A stretch of 64,000 nucleotides of DNA from Malacoraja senta. Lineage: Eukaryota. The stretch is from the NCBI GenBank assembly GCA_038087875.1, contig CM075995.1:2730001-2794000 (forward strand), written 5' to 3'. This document shows, in pieces, positions 1 through 12,395 of the stretch. Numbering within the stretch: position 1 is the stretch's first letter; each line of letters starts with the position of its first letter. The notes beneath the pieces are model-generated. The model searched no databases. It was not told the DNA's origin and saw nothing but the letters and a program-made list of their open reading frames with translations. The position numbers and the translations under genes were made by a program.

Positions 1-95
1 AAACGTCACCCATTCCTTCTCTCCAGGGATGCTGCCTGTCCCGCTGAATTGCTCCAGCATTTTGTGTCTATTATACCTGCTGTGTTTGTTATCCA

Positions 96-400
96 CAGTG
101 GCGCAGCAGTAGAGTTGCTGCCTTACAGCACCAGAGACCCAGGTTCAATCCTGACTACGGGTGCCATCTGTACGGAATTTGCACGTTCTCCACGTGACCA
201 CGTGGGTTTTTCTCCGGGTGCTCCGGTTTCCTCACACACTCCAAAAACGTCCAGGGTTGTAGGTTAATTGGGTTTGGTAAAAATGATAAATTATCCCTAG
301 CGTGTAGAATAGTGTTAGTGTACGGGGATCACTGGTCGGTGCAGACTTGGTGGGCTGACGGGCCAGTTTGCACGCTGTATCTCTAAAAACTAAAACTAAA
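96..400 (+). mobile_element. tRNA-derived V-SINE (HE1-like); representative of about 25 copies or fragments in the window
   Basis: Pol III A box TGGCGCAGCAG and B box GGTTCAATCC; V-domain-like TTTGCACGTTCTCC...CTCCGGTTTCCTC; CR1-like 3' segment and (CTAAAA)n tail. Confidence 0.85.
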
Positions 401-1074
401 CACTCTTGAATCTCGACTCTCTTGGAAGCATCAATTTAACTGCCATTAATTTAAAAAAAATACTTTGAGGAAAACCTCAGAAGCTGGGGAGATTATCTAA
501 ATCTCCTTTTGTGACAGGGTTATGGTCGAGAATCTATTTGGGGGAGGGATTGGGTGGTGCAGCCTTCATTATTTTATAAAGAAAACAGCTACTGGTATTT
601 AGCCAAGTTCAAAAATTGCAGTGAACATTACTAATCTCCGAGTTAAATTCTTTGTTTATCAATATTATGCAGCTGCAAATTGAGCACATTTGTGACCCTG
701 TACATGTTTAACGAGTGCTCCACAACTACAAGGCAGCTTGTTCGAAGGCTGTAACACAATGATGATTCACTCTGGTGTATTATGCACTTCATACTATCTG
801 TTAAAGAGTGTAATCAAAACGAGCAATTGCATGTCAACACCACCGACAAATAGAATAGAATAATAATAGCAATTGGGTCCATTTTGGTTTGCGTCATTAC
901 AAAACCGATGTATCTTTTTCTCAATTCAATCAAGCATATTTGCCAAACACTTTAATTTCCCCCCTCCCATTCCCACACTGACCTTCTTCAAATTTGCATT
1001 TCTTGCGGTTGCAAGGGGAAGTGCCTGGAGAGGGGATGGTTCGGGTGGGAAGGGACGAATTGACCAGGGAATTA

Positions 1075-1506
1075 TGGAGGGACCAAGCGTAGGCTAGGCG
1101 ATCGCTTCGCTGAACACCTCCGCTCGGTTCGCAATAACCAACCTGATCTCCCGGTGGCTCAGCACTTCAACTCCCCCTCCCATTCCGAATCCGACCTTTC
1201 AGTCCTCGGCCTCCTCCATGGCCAGAGTGAGGACCACCGTAAATTAGAGGAGCAGCACTTCATATTTCGCTTGGGCAGTCTGCACCCTAGCGGTATGAAC
1301 ATTGACTTCTCTAATTTCAGGTAGTCCTTACTTTCTCCTCCCCATCTCAGCTCTCCCTCAGCCCACTGGCTCCACCTCTTTCTTTCTTCTTCCTGCCCCC
1401 CCACCCTCACATCAGTCTGAAGAAGGGTTTCGGCCCAAAACGTTGCCTATTTCCTTCGCTCCATAGATGCTGCCTCACCCGCTGAGTTTCTCCAGCATTT
1501 TTGTCT
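1075..1506 (+). mobile_element. Penelope-like element 3' fragment (GIY-YIG endonuclease C-terminus plus terminal repeat with hammerhead-like core)
   Basis: Translates TKRRLGDRFAEHLRSVRNNQPDLPVAQHFNSPSHSESDLSVLGLLHGQSEDHRKLEEQHFIFRLGSLHPSGMNIDFSNFR* (stop near 1324), followed by CTGAAGAAGGGTTTCGGCCCAAAACGTT at 1417. Confidence 0.85.
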
Positions 1507-1507
1507 A

Positions 1508-1897
1508 CCCACACTGACCTTTCTGTCCTGGGCCTCCTCCATTGTCAGAGTGAGGCCCAGCGCAAATTGGAGGAACGGCACATAAAATTTCGCTTGGGCT
1601 GCAGTGGTATGAATATTGATTTCTCTATTACATCCCCTTTCTCTCCATTCCTCCCCCACCCCTCCCCCACCCATGACGTTGTACTAGTTTCAAAGTTGTC
1701 GTTGAGTCTCATTGTCTGTAACTTGTTTTCACCTAGCCCACAGCTTTACATCATTACATTTTTGCATATCTTTCATTAATTTATTCCATCTCTCTCTCTT
1801 GTTTCCCCTTCCCCTGACTTTCAGTCTGAAGAAGGGTCTCGACCCGAAACGTCACCTATTCCTTTTCTCCAGAGAAGCTGTCTGACCCGCTGAGTTA
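1508..1897 (+). mobile_element. Penelope-like element 3' fragment (second family)
   Basis: HTDLSVLGLLHCQSEAQRKLEERHIKFRLG in ORF 1501..1779; hammerhead-like CTGAAGAAGGGTCTCGACCCGAAACGTC at 1826-1853. Confidence 0.8.
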
Positions 1898-1898
1898 C

Positions 1899-2080
1899 AT
1901 AGATACATAGATACATAGAAAATAGGTGCAGGAGTAGGCCATTCGGCCCTTCGAGCCTGCACCGCCATTCAATACGATCATGGCTGATCATCCAACTCAG
2001 TATCCCGTACCTGCCTTCTCTCCATACCCCCTGATCCCTTTAGCCACAAGGGCCACATCTAATTCCCTCTTAAATATAGC
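1899..2080 (-). mobile_element. CR1 (HER1-like) LINE 3' tail
   Basis: Reverse complement of ...GGGCCGAATGGCCTACTCCTGCACCTATTTT(CTATGTAT)n; near-identical to the start of 11559-11845. Confidence 0.8.
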
Positions 2081-2175
2081 ACTCCAGCTTAATGTGTCGA
2101 TCTTCTAGTATATTTGCTGCTTTTGCTGTGATTTCCACAGCGGGAGATCAATTGATTAATTGTCAAATATGCTAA

Positions 2176-3449
2176 TGGGCCTGTCCTACTTAGGCGATCT
2201 TTTAGGCGACTGCCGGCAACTGTCATAGTCGTAGCAGGCCGCCGAAAAACCGGCGACTGGACCCCCCTACGACAATGGCCACGGCAATGTATTCAACAAC
2301 CTACCACCTAGTCGACGTCGAGCTACACCAAGCTACCGACAACCGGCGACCCATTAGGACGTCCACCTACAACCACACCTACGACAACCTACATCCACCC
2401 GTGACGAGCTACGACAAGGTAAGACAGTTCAGTTGCCGGTACCTGTCGTAGGTTGATGTAGGTTGAAATAGGTTGTCGCCAATGGAATTCACCGAAGTCA
2501 GCACCGGCGACAACCTATGTCATCCTGGCGACAACTTACGACAGCACCTACATCGATCAGACAGCTGCAGTTAATTCAGAACGCTGCTGCTCGAGTCCTC
2601 ACTAAGACCAAAAAAGTAGATCACATTACTCCAGTTCTGAGGTCTTTACACTGGCTTCCTGTCTGTCAAAGAATTGATTTCAAAATACTACTGTTGGTTT
2701 ACAAAGCACTGAATGGTTTAGGGCCAAAATACATTTCTGATCTTCTGCTTAGCTACGAACCACCCAGACCTCTCAGATCGTCTGGGACAGGTCTGCTCTG
2801 TGTCCCCAGAGTCAGAACTAAACATGGAGAGGCAGCATTTAGTTTTTATGCACCACATATCTGGAACAAACCCCCAGAAAACTGCAGGTCTGCTGCAACT
2901 CTCAGCTCTTTTAATCTAGACTGAAGACTTTTCTGTTTGCCGCTGCCTTTCAGTAAACAATACAATTTATTAATTACCTATATTGCACTGTAACTTCTAT
3001 TCCTAGTTTTATTCTATTTTAAATATTTTATTTGATTGCTTTTAATTTTGTAATTATTTTATCTGAATAATCTAATAATCATTTTATATCTAAATGTCAT
3101 TTTATATGTGTTTCTTTCAAATGCTTTAAATGTTTTATGTAAAGCACTTTGAATTACCTTGTGGTTGAAAGGTGCTATACAAATAAACTTGCCTTGCCTT
3201 GCCTTGCCTTGCCTTGCCTTACATGAGGTGAAGTCAAGCTATGCTCATTGGCGTCAAGCCAACTGTTGCCGACTGTCGCCAAAAAGTTTTGAACATGTCA
3301 ATATCCAGCGGCGACCAGAAAAATGCTACGATTCTTTGGGCGACTGAGGAGACTACTCACGACCATACAGGCGACACCCCAGTGACCATGTGGCGACGGC
3401 CTAGTCGCCTGCAGTCGCCTAAAGAAATTGCCAAAGTGGGACAGGGGCA
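2176..3449. mobile_element. PIF/Harbinger-like MITE, interrupted by an L2 fragment
   Basis: Terminal inverted repeats (TIRs) TGGGCCTGTCCTACTT...AAGTGGGACAGGGGCA; flanks TAA/TGA; CGAC/GTCG-rich body. Confidence 0.7.
2554..3220 (+). mobile_element. L2-clade LINE, 5'-truncated (ORF2 C-terminus and 3'UTR)
   Basis: LQLIQNAAARVLTKTKKVDHITPVLRSLHWLPV..RIDFKILLLVYKALNGL; tail AAGCACTTTG...GTGCTATACAAATAAA(CTTGC)n; TACAT on both sides. Confidence 0.9.
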
Positions 3450-4132
3450 TGAGAATAGTTATTTGCTGAATAACCATTCTTAGGCAGTCCCTGAGGATAG
3501 AAGATGACTTACTTCCATTCACATTTGGTTCAGTTTAGTTTAGAGATACATCATGGAAACAGAACCTTTGGCCCACCGAGTTCCCGTTGAACCATCGATC
3601 ACTCGTTCAAACTAATTCCGTGACCTTCTGTCTTTGTGCCCCAAGGTCGACCTTGAAGGTGCAGAAGGAAAGACTCCGGTTCACTCTCCTACCGGTCCTT
3701 GCTCCTTGCGTCAGACATCACCTAGTCCCTCTTCTCCACTGCTCTTCTTCGGGGGCTGAGCAGTGGGCCGGGCTCGGCCCCTTCCTCCTGTAGGCTGTGA
3801 TCTTGTTGCTCTCCAGTCTTATTACTCTCCGCCACGCTGCTGTCCAGTCTTTCAGAAGCGTACAGGTGGACAGCAGTGGTCCCTAGACCATGGGTTTCAT
3901 TCCAGATCTGAAATCTTGATCTTCAAATACCCTTTTAGTTTTTCGTTTTTTATAGTTTTAGAGGTACAGCGCGGAAACAGGCCCTTCGGTCCACCAAGTC
4001 CACACCGACTAACGATCCCTGCACATTAACACTACCCTACACACAGTAGGGGAAATTTTTGATACTATACCAAGCCAATTAACCTAAAAATCTGTACATC
4101 TTTGGAGTGTGGGAGGAAACCGAAGATCTCGA

Positions 4133-4445
4133 AGAGTCCAGAACCAGGGGTCACAGTTTAAGAATAAGGGGTAGGCCATTTGTGACTGAGACGAGGAAAA
4201 ACTTTTTCACCCAGAGAGTTGTGAATCTGTGGAATTCTCTGCCACAGAAGGCAGTGGAGGCCGATTCACTGGATGTTTTCAAGAGAGAGTTAGATTTAGC
4301 TCTTAGGGCTAACGGAACCAGGGGATATGGAGAAAAAGCAGGAACGGGGTACTGATTTTGGATGATCAGCCATGATCATATTGAATGGTGGTGCTGGCTC
4401 GAAGGGCCGAATGGCCTACTCCTGCACCTATTTTCTATGTTTCTA
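4133..4445 (+). mobile_element. CR1 LINE 3' fragment inserted in a minus-strand V-SINE (about 3950-4570)
   Basis: ESRTRGHSLRIRGRPF..ETRKNFFTQRVVNLWNSLP..AVEADSLDVFKRELD; SINE sequence resumes on both sides. Confidence 0.85.
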
Positions 4446-4589
4446 AAACCCACACAATCATGGGGAGAACGTACAAACTCCGTACAGACAGCACCCATAG
4501 TCAGGATCGAACCCGGGTCTCAGGCGCTGCAAGTGCTGTAAGGCAGCAACTCTACCGCTACGCCACCGTCAGTAGTGAACATTATCATT

Positions 4590-4872
4590 GATATGGTTAA
4601 GGTGAGGGGAGAAAGGTTTAACAGGAACCTGGAGGGTAACTTTTTTGCACAAAGGGTGGTGGGTAAATGGAATGAGATGCCAGAGGCGGTAGTTGAAGCA
4701 GAGACAATCGCAATGTTTACGAAACATTTAGACAAGTACATGGATAGGATAAGCTTCGAGGGATATGGGGCAAACACAGGCAGGTAGGACTAGTGCAGAT
4801 GGGACATGTTGGTCGGCTGGTCAAGTTGGACAGAAGGGCCTGTTTTCATGTTCTATGACTCTATGACTCTAT
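4590..4872 (+). mobile_element. CR1 LINE 3' fragment
   Basis: KVRGERFNRNLEGNFFAQRVVGKWNEMPEAVVEA; (CTATGACT)n tail. Confidence 0.8.
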
Positions 4873-5933
4873 GATATCTGCCTTTGAGAAATGCTGGTCT
4901 CGGAAGTTGTCCACGGTTTCACCATTAAACTTTAGCGAGGTGCAGCAGGGGCAGCTTGGCAGAAGAACTTAACTTTGCATATGTTAAGTGCAATGCCGAG
5001 CCTGGCATGAAAGTGTAGAAGGCTTGGAGCTCGGTCTCCCAGATTGAGCAAATGCAAATACTGTCGGCATACTGTAGCTTGACAACTGTGAAGGGGGTAA
5101 AACCGATTTGAGAGGGTAGTACTTTGGTACGTTGTGCAGTTTCCCAGACAGCACCCGTAGTCAGGATCGAACGCGGGTCTCTACCGCAGCACTACCGTGG
5201 CATAGCGGTAGAGCTACTGCCTTGCAGCGTGCCAGGGACCCGTGTTCGATCCTTACTACGGGTGCTGTCTGTGCGGAGAAACTCTACCGCTGTAAGGCAG
5301 CAAGTCTACCGCTGCCCCATCATGCCACCCATCATAGGAGAAATAGTTAGGTTGTGGCCCACAGCCAAAGCTTTGTTGTGGCCCACAGCCAACAATGGAC
5401 CATTGTGGGCTCCACCTTTCCTTTATCACCATTACCTTTCTGCATATCGTTCATTCATTTGTTCTATGCCTATCCATAGCAACGTCTATATTTCTCGTTT
5501 CCCTCTCCACTGACTCTCAGGCTGAAGAAGGGTCTCGACCCGAAACCCGACCCAAAACGTCACCTACAATAATCCTTTTATCCACAGATGCTGCCCGACT
5601 CATTGAGTTACTCCAGCTCTTTGTGTCTATCTTCGGTGCAAACCAGCATCTGCGGTTCCTTCCCACACAGAGAAACCCGGTTCTTCTGCAAGCAGGCACT
5701 GGTATTTCTCAGACCAGTGAGAGAGGAAATCTCTCTGCTGATGCATTTTGTGTGTTGCACTATGTTTCCACAAGTTGGACGCTGTGCTTACTAACATAAC
5801 TACGTTTCGATAGCTGTACAGTGCTCTAAAACCTCCCAAGGTAAAAAAATGTGCTGTATAAATGCGTTTCACTTTTGCAATAGACAAGAGACAATAGGTG
5901 CAGGAGTAGGCCATTTCTCTTGGTTGAAAGTAA

Positions 5934-6497
5934 AGGGCCTGTCCCACTTGGGCGACCTAATCCGCGAGTTCTGGCGAGTTTGCCCTCGACTCATACCTCG
6001 CAGCATGGTCGACACGAGGTCGTAGGAGGTCTTCGTAACTCTCCTTCATGGTCGAGAGTGGTCTCCGCGTACTCGAGGCCTCAGCTAGGTCGCGGCGTTT
6101 TTTTCAATATGTTAAAAAATGCCCGCGAGTAAAATAAGGTCGCCATGGAAAAAATCGATACTTTTTTTACTCGTAGGTTTAGTCGTAGTAGGTCGTAGTA
6201 GGTGAGCATGTTAGTCGTCGCTAATCGAGGGTAGTCAAAGGTAGTCGAGGGTAGTCGTAGATAGTCATAATCATAGTCGAAGGGAGGTCGAAGAAGTTCG
6301 AAGGAGGTCGTCTTCACTCTCCACTATTCACAAGTCCAATTTTCCTGAAGTTAGTCGTAGCTAGTCGAAGTTAGTCTTCAACATAGTTGAGGGAGGTGGA
6401 AGGGGGTCTTCTACATAGTCGAAGGAGGTCTTCAACATGTCATTTTTTCAAACTCTTCTAAACTCGCCAATTAGGTCTCTCAAGTGGGACAGCCCCT
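5934..6497. mobile_element. PIF/Harbinger-like MITE
   Basis: TIRs AGGGCCTGTCCCACTTGGGCGACCTAAT / ATTAGGTCTCTCAAGTGGGACAGCCCCT; TSD TAA (5931-33, 6498-6500); close copy at 60732-61297. Confidence 0.85.
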
Positions 6498-7446
6498 TAA
6501 TACGTCAAACGGAGTTAAATTTACAGCCCACATGATATCGCGTGTATTACTGACAACATTGGAAGGCCGAGGAAATTATCCTCAAATCAGACTATTCACT
6601 TGAATGTGGCATTGACTATAATCTGCCACGTGGGTTAAATGTGGGTCGGCTTGCAATGAATCTAGTCGAACAAGTTCCACGATTGGGCCAGACAAGGTTA
6701 CACGAGTCTGACATGGGGACCACGTGGAAGTAATCAGGTAGAGGTTTGCCCATCACTGCGATTACACGCAGCTCCGGGAATCTTACTAAAACCGTCCCGT
6801 TCGGCCTTAGAGGGTGGAAGGGAAAGTGAGGCCACGTTCTTCACCCTGCTCTGCATCCAGTCTAAAGTTCAACAGCGCCAAGATTTAAAGTTTAAACGGC
6901 GATACACGGAGATTTGTGCAGCAAAATGCAATCATTTGCCCACAAATCCAAACATAGAAACATAGAAATAGGTGCAGGAGTAGGCCATTCGGCCCTTCGA
7001 GCCAGCACCGCCATTCGATATGATCATGGCTGATCATCTGAAATTAGTACCCCCCGTTCCTGCTTTCTCCCCACATCCCTTGATTCTGTATATGTGCTGG
7101 ATTTCCTCTGCATTCCTGAGTGTTCCTGCAGCTACCCCACCTCCCCAATCTGTTAGGGGCCATTCACTTTAACTCTTCACAATTAAGGGTACGGCACCAA
7201 TTGATTGTGTTACTTGACAAGAAGTACAGAATGTATAGGAAGGAACTGCAGATGCTGGTTTAAACCGAGGATAGACACAGAAAGCTGGAGTAACTCAGCG
7301 GGACAGGCAGCATCTCTGGAGAGAAGGTATGGGTGACGTCACCCATTCCGTCTCCCCAGAGAAGTGCAGAATCCTGGGATAATATCTCAGAGACATGGAC
7401 AAGTCAACCAGGGTAAATAGGTTCTAATTCAGCAAATTCAACAGAG

Positions 7447-7780
7447 GGCAGCATGGTAGCGCAGCGGTAGAGTTGCTGCCTTGCAGCGCCAGAGACCCGG
7501 GTTCGATCCTGACGACGGGTGCTGGTCTGTATGGAGTTTGTACGTTCTCCCCGTGACCGTGTGGGTTTTCCCTGGCTGCTCCCGGCTTCCTCCCATTCTC
7601 CAAAGACGTACAGGTTTGCAGGTTAATTAGCTTATAATTAGGTATAATTAGGTATAATTCGTAAATTGTCCCCAGTGTGTGCAGGATAGTGTTAATGTGC
7701 GGGGATCGTTGGTCGGCGCGGACTCGGAGGGGCCGAAGGGCCTGTTTCCGCGCTGTGCCTTTAAATCTAAACTAAACTAA
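7447..7780 (+). mobile_element. V-SINE, full length
   Basis: A and B boxes, V domain, (CTAAA)n tail. Confidence 0.85.
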
Positions 7781-8638
7781 ATTTGTTTGGAGCTTAAAAG
7801 GGTCATGAAGCATGAGAAATTATTTTTCGCCACTATCCACTGCTCCATCAAAGTTACTCAAACCACAGTGAATTAATTGTTCGCTGTGATGCCAAGAGTA
7901 AATAAACTCCCATTAACATTCCCTTGAAGAAAGCCTGTTTCACTGGCAACAATCGACTCTGAAGGCCGTTCAGTTGTACTGTGCCAGCATCTTTGTTCCA
8001 GCATTAATATATATTTCTATTTCTTTCCCTGACTGCCCCAAAGCCCCACATTAAAAGATGGCAGTGGATCGAGGGGAGGATCAGTGCCGGTGAGTTTGTC
8101 CTCTGGGTTCGTCCCCTGCGCCCTCTGAAGCACTCTCGGGGTTCCGGGGTCAGCTGCGGGCAGCGCCCCCTGCCCACTGAGGTGGAGCGGTGGCTGTGGG
8201 AGGCAAGGAACGATACGTTCAGGGTTGATGTGTCCATGAGGCGGAGAAGACCAACATCATCACTGGGCCTGGCCGACCATTGCACCTCCGACTCGGGGCT
8301 GGAAAAGTGTCAGGGTTGGAAAAGATCAGGTGAAGGCCCACAGAAACTTCGCTCTGACCTGGAACCCTTTTATAGATTTTATTAAAGATTTTTCCTTTAA
8401 CTGAAAAAATTGTCTACACAGTCATAATCATTTATTTATATTTGTATGTTGCTGTTGTTAACATGTAACTTGAACACAAAGACTGCCTTTATAAAATAAA
8501 ATATTTTGTATTATTATTATTATTATTATTATTATTTATTTATTTTCTCTTTCTCTTTTTGGAGCCTTGGGGATGGGGAGGGGGGGGGGGGTATATAAGT
8601 TTTGTGCTGTTCTGTACTGTTTGTTGGTGTTCTGTGTA

Positions 8639-8838
8639 NNNNNNNNNNNNNNNNNNNNNNNNNNNNNNNNNNNNNNNNNNNNNNNNNNNNNNNNNNNNNN
8701 NNNNNNNNNNNNNNNNNNNNNNNNNNNNNNNNNNNNNNNNNNNNNNNNNNNNNNNNNNNNNNNNNNNNNNNNNNNNNNNNNNNNNNNNNNNNNNNNNNNN
8801 NNNNNNNNNNNNNNNNNNNNNNNNNNNNNNNNNNNNNN
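8639..8838. other. Assembly gap (200 N)
   Basis: Run of N. Confidence 1.
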
Positions 8839-9396
8839 TGAATCTTGCCATTTCGGAGGATGAAATAGGCAAATAAATAGGCAAATAAATAAAAATATTA
8901 TTTCTTGCGATAAGCCTGATATCAGAACCTTCTACATTTTCATATCTGCGTATGCTTTGATCTGTTGTTTTCACGCTTTACCCTTCCATATCTCTCGACT
9001 CCCTCTCCCCCAATTCGCAGTCTGAAGAAGGGTCTCGACCCGAAACGTCACCCATTCCTTCTCTCCAGAGACGCTGCCTGTCCCACTGAGTTACTCCAGC
9101 ATTTTGAGTCCAACTTCAGTGCAAACCAGCATCTGCAGATCCTTCCTACACTTCAGCCAATTTGCTACAATGTTGTTCACCTTGTGTTCTCGTCTTAAGG
9201 GTTAACAAAAAGAAGAGTTATTACGGTACTGAAGAATTTTTGCCATGTTACTCACTCTCTCCTATCTTGGCCCAGGGATCCCGATACTTCCAGCTTGTTC
9301 CCTGGGTGGCCATGATGTAAGAAGATGTTTTCAAAGGAAAGAGCAGTAAGGAAGAAAACAACACATAATTGCTTTGGGTGATTGCTTTGCACTAGT

Positions 9397-9643
9397 GTGT
9401 GTGGGAAGGATCTGCAGATGTTGGTTTAAACCGAAGATGCTGGAGTAACTCAGCGGGACAGGCAGCATCTCTGGAGAGAAGGAATGGGTGATGTTTCAGG
9501 TCGAGACCCTTCTTCAGACTGAGAGTCAGGGGCGAGGGAGTCTGAAGAAGGGTCTCGACCCGAAACGTCACCCATTCCTTCTCTCCAGTGATGCTGCCTG
9601 TCCCGCTGAGTTACTCCAGCATTCTGTGTCTATCTTCGGTTTA
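9397..9643. mobile_element. Inverted pair of Penelope-type terminal-repeat fragments
   Basis: Minus copy about 9397-9535 then plus copy 9541-9643 of the CTGAAGAAGGGTCTCGACCCGAAACGTCACCCATTCC...GAGTTACTCCAGC unit. Confidence 0.75.
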
Positions 9644-10040
9644 TACTTGTATGTAGGTAGATGTGGATGAAGCTGTGGTAGAGTTTATTTTAGTTTAGTT
9701 GAGAGATACAGCACTGAAACAGGCCCTTCGACCCACCGAGTCTGCACTGACCAGCGATCCCCGCACATTAACGCTATCTTACGCACACATGGGACAATTT
9801 TTCATTCATACCAATACAATTAACCTAGAAACCTGTGCGTCTTTGGAGTGTGGGAGGAAAATAAATAACTTGGAGAAAACACACGCTGGTCACGAGAAGA
9901 ATGTACAAACTTCGTACAGACAGCACCCGTAATTGGGATCGAATCTGGGTTTCTAGCGCTTAATGCTGTAAGGCAGCCACTCTACCACTGTGCCACCGAG
10001 AGGCAAACAGAATAATGATCATTTAGACTTTAGAGCCATA

Positions 10041-10337
10041 TCAGCCTATCCCACTATGGCGATTTTTGGTAACTACAGGCGCCACATGTTCGCCGGTGGT
10101 CGCCGGGAGTTGTCTTCTCAGTCGTGCAAAAAGTTGCCGCTAAATTTTCAACATGTTGAAATTTTTTTGGCAACAGTGGGTTTGATACGAATGAGTGTAG
10201 CTTGACTTCTCCTGACGTAGGTGCTGTCGTAGGTTGTCACCAGGATGACGTAGGTTGTCGCCGGTTTTTCGTCGACCTGCTACGACTATGACAATCGCCG
10301 GCACTTGCCTAAAAAATCGGCAAGTGGGACAGGCCCA
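10041..10337. mobile_element. PIF/Harbinger-like MITE (short, diverged left end)
   Basis: TCAGCCTATCCCACTA...AAGTGGGACAGGCCCA; ATA on both sides; body related to 2176-3449. Confidence 0.6.
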
Positions 10338-10556
10338 ATAGTTTAGTATTCAATTTACTGTAGTTTATTATTGTCACGTGTGCCGAGGTATTACCGAAGA
10401 CAATACATGGTCACAATCAAGTCGTACGCAGTGCACAGATACAGGGCAAAGGGTACATTTTGTGCAATATAAAGTCCGCTCAAAGGTCCCTGCTGAGGTA
10501 GATGGGCGGTCTATTGAGTGGACGGTTCAGTTGCCTGATAACAGCTGGGAAGAAGC

Positions 10557-10865
10557 GGGTGGCACGGTAGCCCAGCGGTAGAGTTGCCGCCTTACAGCAC
10601 CAGAGACCCGGGTTCGATCCTGACTGCGGGTGCTTGTCTGTATGCGGTCGTACGTTCTCCCCGTGACCTGCATGGGTTTTCTCCGTGATCTTCGGTTTCC
10701 TCCCACACTCCAAAGACGTACAGGTTTGTCGGGAATTCGCTTGATATAACAATGTGAAATTGTCCCGAGTGTGTGGTAGGGTAGTGTTAATGTGCGGGGA
10801 TCGCTGGTCGGTGCGGACTAGGTGGGCCGAGGGGCCTGTTTCTGTGCTGTATCTCTAAACTAAAC
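10557..10865 (+). mobile_element. V-SINE, full length
   Basis: A and B boxes, V domain, tail. Confidence 0.85.
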
Positions 10866-10884
10866 TGTCCCTGAGTTATAGTCG

Positions 10885-11400
10885 AGCCACGAGCATGGAA
10901 ACAGGCCCTTCAGCCCAATACGTCCATGCTGACCAAGAGGTCCCATTTAAGCCATCCCCAATTGCCCGTGTTTGGCCCATATCCCTCTAAAGCTCTCCTA
11001 TCCATGTACCTGTTCAAGTGTCTTTGAAATGTTGTTATATAGTACTTGCCTCAACCACCTCTTCTGGCTGCTCCTTCCATATACCCACCACCCTCTGAGT
11101 GACCTCAGCTTCATATTAAATCTTGCCCCTCTCACCTTAAACCCATGGCCCCTTGTTTTTGATTACTCTACCCAGGGTAAAAGACTCTGCACAGACACCC
11201 CATCGCGTCTCCTCATGATTTTATGCACCTCTATAAGATCACCTCACAGCCTGCTGCACTCCAAGGACTAAAGTCTCTGCGCTCTTTCCAGCTTAATGGC
11301 ATCCTTCCTATAGCACGGTGACCAGAAATGAACACATGACTCCAAGTGTGGCCTCCCCAATATCTTGTACAACTGCGACACAATGTCACAACTTTTATGA
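10885..11400 (-). mobile_element. CR1 LINE 3' fragment (degenerate)
   Basis: Minus strand gives GDLIEVHKIMRR...RGHGFKVRGARFN-like CR1 C-terminus. Confidence 0.7.
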
Positions 11401-11558
11401 AGAAAGAAGGCACTGCAGACGCTGGTTTACACAAAAAGGACATAAAATGCTGGAGGAACTTAGCAGGGGAGGCAGCATCTCTGGAGAACACGGATCAGTG
11501 ACATTTCGGGTTGGGATGATGTTTGAAGAACTATCCTGCATAGATAGGATAGTTTTAC

Positions 11559-11845
11559 ATAGATACATAGATACATAGAAAATAGGTGCAGGAGTAGGCC
11601 ATTCGGCCCTTCGAGCCTGCACCGCCATTCAATATGATCATGGCTGATCATCCAACTCAGTATCCCATACCTGCCTTCTCTCCATACCCCCTGATCCCAT
11701 TAGCCACAAGGGCCACATCTAACTCCCTCTTAAATATAGCCAATGAACTGGCCTCAACTACCCTCTGTGGCAGAGAGTTCCAGAGATTCACCACTCTCTG
11801 TGTGAAAACGTTTTTCCTCATCTCGATCTTAAAGGATTTCCCCCT
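11559..11845 (-). mobile_element. CR1 LINE 3' fragment
   Basis: CR1 3'UTR and RVVNLWNSLP region on the minus strand. Confidence 0.8.
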
Positions 11846-12395
11846 TATCCCCCTTTTATTCCCCCTTTTGGATACGGTACAAACACGGGCAGGTATAGCT
11901 GGTATAGCTATGACATGTTGGCCAGTGTGGGCAAGTTGGGCCTAAGGGCCTGTTTCCACATTGTATCACTCTTTGACTCTATGACTCAAAATCGCACCTT
12001 CTATATTCTCCAGAGATGCTGCCTGACCCGCTGTGTTACTCCAGCACTTTGTGTCCTTTGCTTCCCACTTTTTATATTCGACTTCCTCTCTATTAATCCA
12101 CAAATCACAATGGATACAGTGTTTAGTTTAGTTTAGAGATACAGCACGGAAACAGGCCCTTCCGGGTCCACGCCGACCACCGGTCCCCGCATATTAACAC
12201 TCGCCTACACACACTAGGGACAGTTTTCACATTTACCAAGCCAATTAACCTACAAACCTGCACTTTGGAGTGTGGGGGGAAACCGAAGATCTCGGAGAAA
12301 ACCCACGCAGGTCACGGGGAGAACGTACATACTCCGTACAGACAGCGCCCGTAATCGGGATCGAACCCGGGTCTCCGGCGCTGCAAGTGCTGTTA

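Noticed and set aside
96..160. tRNA genes (A and B box motifs, many copies)
   Set aside because: All are SINE heads followed by the V domain and a LINE-derived tail.
3620..3925. Unique GC-moderate segment with short open frames
   Set aside because: No identifiable product or exon boundaries.
8540..8974. ORFs containing X runs
   Set aside because: They span the assembly gap.
9265..9315. Hairpin GGCCCAGGGA...TCCCTGGGTGGCC as a possible pre-miRNA
   Set aside because: Stem is too short and no known mature sequence is recognised.
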